DNA from: Octopus bimaculoides
Taxonomy: Eukaryota
Direction: 5' to 3'
DNA: 64,000 bases
Assembly: GCF_001194135.2 (NCBI RefSeq)
Contig: NC_068988.1
Coordinates: 4,839,962-4,903,961, forward strand
Of the stretch, positions 55,421 to 64,000 are shown piece by piece. Under the pieces are notes generated by a model that worked only from the letters and a program-made list of their open reading frames with translations, was not told where the DNA came from and did no database searches. Each line of letters opens with the position of its first letter. Within the stretch, counting starts at the first letter, position 1. A program made the position numbers and the translations under genes.

Positions 55421-55789
55421 TGGTTATAGCTACGCATAATTACAATATCTATGTGCGTGCGCGCACGTATGAGTGGGTGTATAGTGTTTCTGTATATGTA
55501 TACATTACTTGGTATTATGCTTTGAAATATTGGCATGAAAAAATTGAAACAATTTATTGATTGATTCCCCTTTGAAAATCTGACCTGTATTTATTTGTAT
55601 ACAATATGTTATTTCCAATTCAGAATTCTTACTAATAGTAGTTTCTTATAATTATCTATTTTCTGAAATATATTTTAGTAATTCGTGTGTAAAAGGGATC
55701 TATGAACACTTAAAACGTCCTATTTGGTTCGATAGATATTTATTGCTGGTGCTTACATGTGAAATATGCTTATAATTATAGACATACCA

Positions 55790-55837
55790 ACAGACAAACA
55801 GACAGACGGACGAACAGACAGAAATAGATAGATAGAC

Positions 55838-55920
<83 letters not shown>
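55790..55920. repeat. (GACA)n/(TAGA)n microsatellite
   Basis: Read directly from the sequence. Confidence 0.95.
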
Positions 55921-56806
55921 AAACGAAAGAAAGAGTGTAATATCTTCTCTGATGAAATTCAATACAATGAAGGAGAAATTTAAACCGAAAAGCAAAACAA
56001 GAAGTGTCCTTCTGAAGGAAACTGTTTAATTTTTTCTTGAATATTGTTTCGAAATATTTACGAGTTATTCAAATAATAAGATATTCCATTATAATGTGAT
56101 TTCACGGCGGGTGGAGGGATGTTAGAAAGACAAACCAAAATATCCATGAGTTTAGAGAAACCAACAAAGTAATCAGCCTCTCTTTTGAAGCCTTATCTTG
56201 GTTCCGCATTTGATAACGTAGGTGCATCGAACCAATGTATATCATGCCGCAGACAGCCACAACTGCCAAGTTGTACTCTAATACGAAAGAGTCTTCCATG
56301 TGTATGTATGTGCATGGCTGAATGTCTATGTGAGTGTGTGTGTGTGCGTTTCCCTATGTCAGTGTGTGTGTGTCCCTGTGCCTGGGTGTGTGGTAGGGTC
56401 TGTCGTGTATAAAAACAGGAATAGCAACCACAGACTAGCAACTATATTTTCAAAAGAATTTCATCCAAGATTTTATGTTGAGACCCTAAAATGTAGAGTG
56501 TTATTCGTTAATATACAAAAGCATTTTATACACTTCTGTATAATTGTCATGATTTTATATATTATTAAACATTGAAGCAGAAGCGAATACAGCAGCGAAA
56601 TTAAGGTTTCCACCCTATATATATTTCTCGTAGGGGTTTTGGTGTCACTCATGTGGACAATGTGTATTAACATAATACTGTCTATATGTCATATATGTGT
56701 GCAGCTCTTTCTGTAGGTGTTCATCATACGCCTATCTATATACACGCAAGCACACACAAAGACACATAATTTTGTTTGTGTATACATGTGTGTGAAAGTG
56801 TGTGTA

Positions 56807-57180
56807 GTGGAGGCGCAATGGCCCACTGGGTAGAGCAGTGGAGTCGCGGTCGTAGGATCGTGGTTTCAATTCCCAGACCGGGCGTTGTGAGTGTTTATTG
56901 AGCGAAAACACCTAAAGCTCCACGAGGCTCCGGCAGGGGAACGTGGTGAACCCTGCTGTACTCTTTCACCACAACTTTCTCTCACTCTTTCTTCTTGTTT
57001 CTGTTGTACCTGTATTTTTCAAAAGGCCAGCCTTGTCACTCTGAATCTCCCCGAGAACTACTTTAAGGGTACACGTGTCTGTGGAGTGCTCAGCCACTTG
57101 CACGTTAATTTCACGAGCAAGCTGTTCCGTTGATCGGATCAACTGGAACCCTCAACGTCGTAACCGACGGAGTGCCAACC
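56807..57180 (+). mobile_element. Full-length tRNA-derived SINE, family B
   Basis: Head gtggaggcgcaatggcccactggg (A box-like) and ggtttcaattcc (B box). An 11-bp TSD aagtgtgtgta is at 56796-56806 and 57181-57191. Homologous to 22050-22381 and 60970-61140. Confidence 0.92.
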
Positions 57181-58524
57181 AAGTGTGTGTATCTCTATAT
57201 ATCTGAGAATGGCTATTTCCCTTCAAAAATTTTTATATTTTTCGACGATGATCTTTTCCATTTATATAAATGTTTTCCCAAATAACGCTATATTTTATTT
57301 TTGAAGTTCCGATGAAGCTACAAAGTGATACACTAGCACTTAGATATGACTGCATTGCATCACTTCGTGTTCCCTTATTTATTGGAAAGAAATTGGTGCA
57401 TGCAGTGCTCAGGTGCATAACAACTAAAAATAAAAGCCATCAGGCGTACTATTGGCGGATTTCAGGAAGCATGGAAGTTTTTGAATGACGTAGCGTCTCG
57501 ACAGCTAAAGACAGATACAGGTAGTTTATTCCATGCTTTAACAATTCTGAGCGTGAAAAGATGTTTCCAAAAGTCATGGGTGTTGTGTTGTTTATATATA
57601 TGTGTGGAGAGATACAGTAAGAGAAGAGAGGGGTATAAATTCCAATGAGAAAAACCCTCTAAATGTTAGAATAGATTCATTCCGTTTATTGTATCTTAAC
57701 AGTATGGCCATACGTTTCTATGGCGAAGACGAGTTGTCTGTTTGTAAGAACGACTCGTGATATAAGAGGTGAAGTATTTGCCTATATTATAACGATACGA
57801 TACATCAAATAAATAAAGATATACACACACACACACATATATATATATATAGCTATATATATATATGCATGTGTGTGCGCGCGCGTGCATATGTTATGTT
57901 TCCTTATATTGCATCTGGTTTGCAATTTATTTTAGTTACTTTACATTATACTGTTAGAGAGTTTTACTATTAACTGTCATCTCCTGTTATTAACAATAAT
58001 ATTTCCTGCAGAGAAGTAGTAGTCTCTTACATTTATTAATTATGCAAAACGAAACCGTATTTGGCTACGTCTTCTCAGCTACAATTCTTTCCACCTCTTT
58101 CAATCGCACTACTTTTCCCTCCTCTAAATTTATTATCATGTTTAACCATATACTACACACACACACACATATATATGTGTGGTGTGTGTGTGTATGTATA
58201 TATATATATATATATANNNNNNNNNNNNNNNNNNNNNNNNNNNNNNNNNNNNNNNNNNNNNNNNNNNNNNNNNNNNNNNNNNNNNNNNNNNNNNNNNNNN
58301 NNNNNNNNNNNNNNNNNNNNNNNNNNNNNNNNNNNNNNNNNNNNNNNNNNNNNNNNNNNNNNNNNNNNNNNNNNNNNNNNNNNNNNNNNNNNNNNNNNNN
58401 NNNNNNNNNNNNNNNNNNNNNNNNNNNNNNNNNNNNNNNNNNNNNNNNNNNNNNNNNNNNNNNNNNNNNNNNNNNNNNNNNNNNNNNNNNNNNNNNNNNN
58501 NNNNNNNNNNNNNNNNNNNNNNNN

Positions 58525-58592
<68 letters not shown>

Positions 58593-60969
58593 CCCAAATA
58601 TTTCTAGAGTTCTAACCACTATTCTCTCTAACACAAAAACAATATGGTATTTTGTTTTTAAAACAAGTTAAAGAATTTTAATATTTGGGCAGGCTACTTT
58701 TATAAATAAGTGTACTTTTTTTTCCTTTTCTAAGTTTTCTTTGGTCGGGAATTATTTCTTAAACATTCTCTTCTGACACGGTTGATTGATTTTGGAACAG
58801 TTCTTTTCTATGTTTATTACATATTTAATATTGATTTCGACTGTTGAATATAATTTGTTCCATGCAGTTTGTATTTATTTTACTGTTTTTTACAGTTTAA
58901 ACCAATTAACAAGGTTTTACTTTAACCTAGCAATATTTGCTAACTCAAAATGGTGGCAATGTTAGTAAAATTATTTTACTGTAGGTTTAAAACATACATG
59001 TTATATACGCTGGTTATGTATGAATGTTATGCAACTAAAAGGCAAAACAGATGCCGTAAGTAACGAGCAAACAATGTAGAAGAGAAAAGAAATATCTTTA
59101 GGTAAATCTCATAGTTTGCATAAAATGTCAGTTATAACTACAGTTTATAACTTCAGTTAGTTTTTAGGCAATAAGTCAATATATTTATTAGTAGTAATTA
59201 TTGTGATCAATAGTTCTTTCATGTTGTTCAGTTATAGTAATATTTCTGATGTATTGAATGTTTATAAGCACTGAATAGCAATCAGAGAATTATGACAAAT
59301 TATAAAAACTGTCATACTAAATTACCTTACATAAGTCATATCGTTGTAGTTTATTAAGTAGTTGAGGGGAAACCATTAGAAATCAGCATCATATTTCTCG
59401 AAATAATTTAGGCGAATTTTTTGTTTAAATATCTGCCACTGTGACCAGTATATTTCAATCATGCAAAGGGACTACGTTGAAAATAGATACGTCATGCCAT
59501 TTCAGCATCTGAAATCAGTTTAGGCAACAACTAAAATTCTATGAACCTGTTTTCTTTTAAACACAAGTTGTCTCCAGATCTAAATTTTTCCTTAAATATT
59601 AAGTAGGTAATAAAACGCCAACGTTATCAAATTTTAATTTCTTCTAAGAATCCTCAGTTGAATTCTGATTTAGAAAACAATCGACCTATTTCTATATTTC
59701 ATGTTCCTTCGGGTTTCTTTGACTCTGTTATTCCCAGATGTTAGGAAACTGCCGAGCTTCATCTGACCATTTCGTATCATAGAAGATTACTTTATTTCAA
59801 ATCACACGACAACACATGGGATTATCATTCAAAGTATTCCATTCGTTAACTTTTTAGGAATTCAAGTCATCTAAGATTTCAACTCATCCAATCTTTATAA
59901 ATAATGTCAAAGAGTGTCTCGCCATTTATATCGGAGCAAAATGCCGATATATACGAGCAGAGCCATGTGATAAATAAATTAGTTCCAATGCCACATGGTT
60001 TCGAGTACGATCTTATTACGATCTTTAAGGATTTTTACTCCAGCTTCCGAACCAACCAGCATCATTGGGTTTGAATTCAATTCACAGCAACGGCTCACAT
60101 ACCGCCACACGTACAAATACACACAAACATACACCTCGTTTTTACCGAATATAGATAAAGATAGATATAATAGCATGCAAATATTTACAAGCTATTATGT
60201 GTAGCTTTATCTTTTTTCGAGTTCTGTTTTAGATTAATTATTTCATGTACCTCGAAATTTCTAGATTCTTATAATGTAAATACATAAACGGAGACGGTTA
60301 ACAACATTACCATATTTCAATTGCTAAAGGCAAGTTCACGGCAGTTACGTGGAGAAAAATTATCTCTTATAGCAAAAAGATGAAAAAACACCATATCTAT
60401 CCAGTGCTGTCACCTGTCGGATTCCGAGACATCGATGTTTCTGGCTCTTTATCCGTTATCAGTGAAACAGATATGGTATTTTGACACATTTTTATCATAC
60501 ACACACACACACACATACATTTCGTTTTTGGATCTGGTTTGCAAAATTCTATATATGAGTTCGTGTGTTGAAGCATATTTTGTTGTGTTTGGGGAGAGTC
60601 ATTCTTTTTTAGCGCCTTATTATTTAACACACTCACCGGTTAAGTTTCTACTCATTTACTTATTTGTTCTAAAATTTTCATTGCGTCATGCAACCTTTTC
60701 AATAGTCGTTGACTGTCCGCTATCCGAGCTGCGTTCTTTTGGTTTGTTTGTGCGCATGTGTGGGAGTCAGTGTGCGTGCGCATACACATGTGTATGTATG
60801 TATTTAACACACTCTAAATTTGACTTAATTGGCCGGTGCCGAAGTTTATTACAAGCAACACTCCAGCCTGATCCCTTATATATAAGGAAGTCTTTTTTAC
60901 TCTCAGTAACATAGAACCGAACGTATTTGAAGTCACTGACCAATTAGATAGACAGACATGTAGTCAGTT

Positions 60970-61140
60970 TCAAAGGGCCACCCTTGTAACATTGTGTGTC
61001 ACGCTGAATCTCCCTGAGAAATATGTTAGGGGTACGCATTTCTGTGGAGTGCTCAGCCATTTTCATGATAATTTCACGAGCAGGCTGTTCCGCTGATCGA
61101 ATCAACTGGAACACTCGTCGTCGTAACTGACGGAGTGCCA
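60970..61140 (+). mobile_element. SINE family B, 3' half
   Basis: ctgtggagtgctcagcca..aatttcacgagcaggctgttccg.tgatcg.atcaactggaac..gacggagtgcca. Confidence 0.87.
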
Positions 61141-61171
61141 GGAAAGTATAAATATACAAATATAGGTTCCA

Positions 61172-61216
<45 letters not shown>

Positions 61217-61916
61217 NNNNNNNNNNNNNNNNNNNNNNNNNNNNNNNNNNNNNNNNNNNNNNNNNNNNNNNNNNNNNNNNNNNNNNNNNNNNNNNNNNNN
61301 NNNNNNNNNNNNNNNNNNNNNNNNNNNNNNNNNNNNNNNNNNNNNNNNNNNNNNNNNNNNNNNNNNNNNNNNNNNNNNNNNNNNNGATAACCTTTCGGAA
61401 ACAATACGAAAAAGGTAAACTAAAAATGATTTTGCTTCAGGTAAGAAATAGCCGAATTCGATCTACGTTGTTCTTTGAGTTATAACATTACGTAGGAGAA
61501 AGATGATCGATGATAAAGGAAGTAGGAGAAAGACTGCAAGTAAAAGATTCCATTAGAGTCAGTTTATGGTGCGGGGGGGGGGGATCAATACCATACAACG
61601 ACTGGAGATTTGCCCGCTTTGCCGAAGGCTTCCTCTGCTATTGTTTCGCTCTGTTATTCAATACATAATAACCTGCTGCTTCAACACTTGTACTATTGTC
61701 TCGTCCCATTTAAACACATCACAGTTTACATATTGCCTTCTGTAAATTCGACGCATGCATATCGTTGGATATCATATAAGAAAATTATTGTAGAAGCATA
61801 CACCGGCAAATACATCGCAGCTGTACTTTACAATTTCCTATATATTAGTGTGCCTGTGTGTGTTCATCTATATACATATTAGATATTTAAAACATATATG
61901 TATCAAATTATATATC

Positions 61917-61956
<40 letters not shown>

Positions 61957-62819
61957 GCCTGTGTGTGTGCGTGTGTGTAATGTAATGTATGTTTATATAA
62001 ATATTAACACAAGCATATATATGCATGCATATAAATGTGTGTGTGCGTCTGTGTGTATTCGTTTGCACACGTTCGTATGTATGTATGTATGTATTAATAT
62101 TTAATTTCCTGTTATTGCGCGCTGCTTTTCTGTCTTGCAACAACTATTTCAATTGCAGGATATGAGAACTACAAAATCGTTCTCTCTTTTACGTCCCTCT
62201 AATACAATCATTCCACTAAAAACAATGGGTAAAAATGAAAGCTTTCAGAAAACCAGAAACTGAATGCTTCCATGAACATCTTGATGAAAATGTCAATGCA
62301 AAATATTTTTTTTTAAACGAAGAGAAAATTTCCTGAACGTTACATGTCGCAATATTTTATAAAAATAAAAATAAAATAGAAAAATATTCATAACGAAAAT
62401 ATTGCGCTTTCCCCGTTTATTCCCTCCTCCTCCGCTCTGTTTCCTGATCGGTCTTCATTGATCATACCTAACAAAGTGCTTAAATGGAAGTGAAACAACT
62501 ACCTCTACACTGCGTAGGTATCAAAGGATAAACAAACTGAGGAGTGTCTTCATATCTGAAACTGAGAATATGTGCTTCGCCCTAAACAGCAATGACTCTT
62601 CTTTAAATTATTACAACAGTGCCAACTGCCAAAATAGGATTTCTCGGTAAATCGAATGTTTTGTTCTTCCATATAAAATAACGTTATAATGTTAACTCTG
62701 GTGGATCAGTGAAATCTGAAAGGGCGAATACACAAGAAAACTACCTTTCATTCTATAAACGAATTCAAGAAATCTTTGATTCAATGACTGGATTTACGGT
62801 ATAGTTCATCGCAGCTGGT

Positions 62820-63030
62820 ATTAATAGATTTGGATTTCAGATTGAATTTTAACTGGATGCCCGAAATAAACAAAAGTAGTGAACAAATTCCACAGGTATG
62901 CCATTCTTGGAATGAAGGATGGCAATTTGAGGTTAATGCAAGAGCAGGGGAGAAGGACACAGGGTGTTGAGGTAGAGGTAGAGGCTGATTTGTCGGGTTC
63001 AGTTGTAGAGAAGGAATATGATTGCATAAT
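62820..63030 (-). mobile_element. CR1/Jockey-group LINE, extreme 3' remnant
   Basis: PSFIPRMAYLWN matches the conserved SF.PRT..LWN C-terminal motif. Confidence 0.5.
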
Positions 63031-63094
63031 TCTGAGAAACAGAAAGTTGATGGTATTATTTCACGATCAGAAACATAGCTTCCAACGCAAAAGG

Positions 63095-63720
63095 TATTGT
63101 TGTTGTTGTTGCTGCTACTGTTGTTGTTGTCGTTGTTGCTGTCGTCTTTTCTGAGGTTCTTGCAGAATATAGAATGGTACTTTTCTGCAGGTCGACAATG
63201 CGAGTTACCATTCCAATTTCTTTCACTCTTTTAAGTTGCATTTTGGGTGTTGTGCCAAATGCACCAATTACTACAGGAATAACTGTTGTCTTGATCTTCC
63301 ACAGTCTCATTTTTTACCATTTCTTTGGTATCGACTCTGCTATCATAGGGAATTACAAAATCTAAGATCTTGCATTGTTTATTTTGTACTCTACACTCAT
63401 GCCTTTGCATGAATAGTATTGTCAGTTTTTATGAGGAAATTCCACAAGATCTTGTAATTCTTATTTTCTGGTTCGTGTTTATAACACTTTTCCATTGCTT
63501 TGAAGCCACATACTCGACATATCGATGCACTCTTTTGCCTACACAGTTATGTCCTTCGGGTGTAGCTGATCATGTATGGAAAAATGGAAACCCCCCCTGT
63601 AGGATGAAGTTAAAATAATAAACAGAGAACACCACTGGAAAATACGAAAACTAAAAGCAGAAGCACATATGCTAGGACACAACAACCTCCTAAGCAGGCC
63701 GAATGCAGATATGAATAGCA
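63095..63720 (-). mobile_element. R4/Dong-like non-LTR retrotransposon, 3' fragment with (AAC)n tail
   Basis: YKHEPENKNYKILWNFLIKTD, ILDFVIPYDSRVDTKE and RLWKIKTTVIPVVIGAFGTTPK..LQKSTILYSAR, followed by an (AAC)n-rich tail at 63095-63145. Confidence 0.8.
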
Positions 63721-63794
63721 TGTGGGAACCGGTATTAAGGAAGGATAGGAAATATTAGATTTATAAACCCTAAAATTAACTCAATAATTGCCCA

Positions 63795-63859
63795 CGGGCA
63801 TATGGCTTCGTGGTTAAGAGCGCGGGCTACTTTAACCCGCGTTCGATTCCAGGTAGCAA

Positions 63860-63939
<80 letters not shown>

Positions 63940-63975
63940 GCAACGACAACAACAACAACAACAACAACAACATCG
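63795..63975 (+). mobile_element. Short tRNA-derived SINE with (AAT)n/(AAC)n tail
   Basis: A box tggcttcgtgg and B box gttcgattcc, then (AAT)n from about 63864. No complete cloverleaf. Confidence 0.65.
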
Positions 63976-64000
63976 AAAAACACCTTAGGAATGAGAACCC

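Noticed and set aside
56102-56299. Hydrophobic ORF resembling GPCR helices
   Set aside because: Short, no diagnostic motif and no convincing splice sites.
56807-56880. tRNA genes at SINE heads (also 22670-22746 and 63795-63860)
   Set aside because: A and B boxes are present but there is no complete cloverleaf, and each continues into a SINE body or tail; two have TSDs.

Overview
AT-rich, repeat-dense animal genomic DNA with N-gap runs, most of them at microsatellites. The interspersed repeats resemble octopus/cephalopod SINE families, so the taxon is inferred, not proven. Nearly all ORFs in the supplied track are microsatellite or N-gap artefacts. The only well-supported host coding sequence is three minus-strand exons separated by introns of about 6-10 kb: an EGF/laminin-EGF-like exon (35575-35733), a complete six-cysteine kringle exon (25699-25932) and a second EGF-like exon (19585-19722). 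All three have canonical AG/GT splice sites and are phase 1-1, giving a MEGF/SCARF-like EGF-kringle-EGF mosaic protein. Its signal-peptide exon and C-terminus were not found with confidence; weaker downstream candidate exons lie at 3882-3989 and 1537-1590. The rest is largely decayed transposons: two mariner elements (one with both TIRs), a hAT 3' half, a pogo/Tigger transposase remnant, MITEs, LINE fragments (CR1/L2-group, RTE, HERO-like, R4/Dong-like), Penelope-like remnants and several SINE families. The most interesting observations are the kringle-containing mosaic gene with a non-canonical kringle, a 58-bp-arm hairpin whose mismatches become G-U pairs on the minus strand, and oppositely oriented SINE copies bracketing an exon. 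I found no CRISPR array, rRNA, intact tRNA gene or convincing wholly new system.
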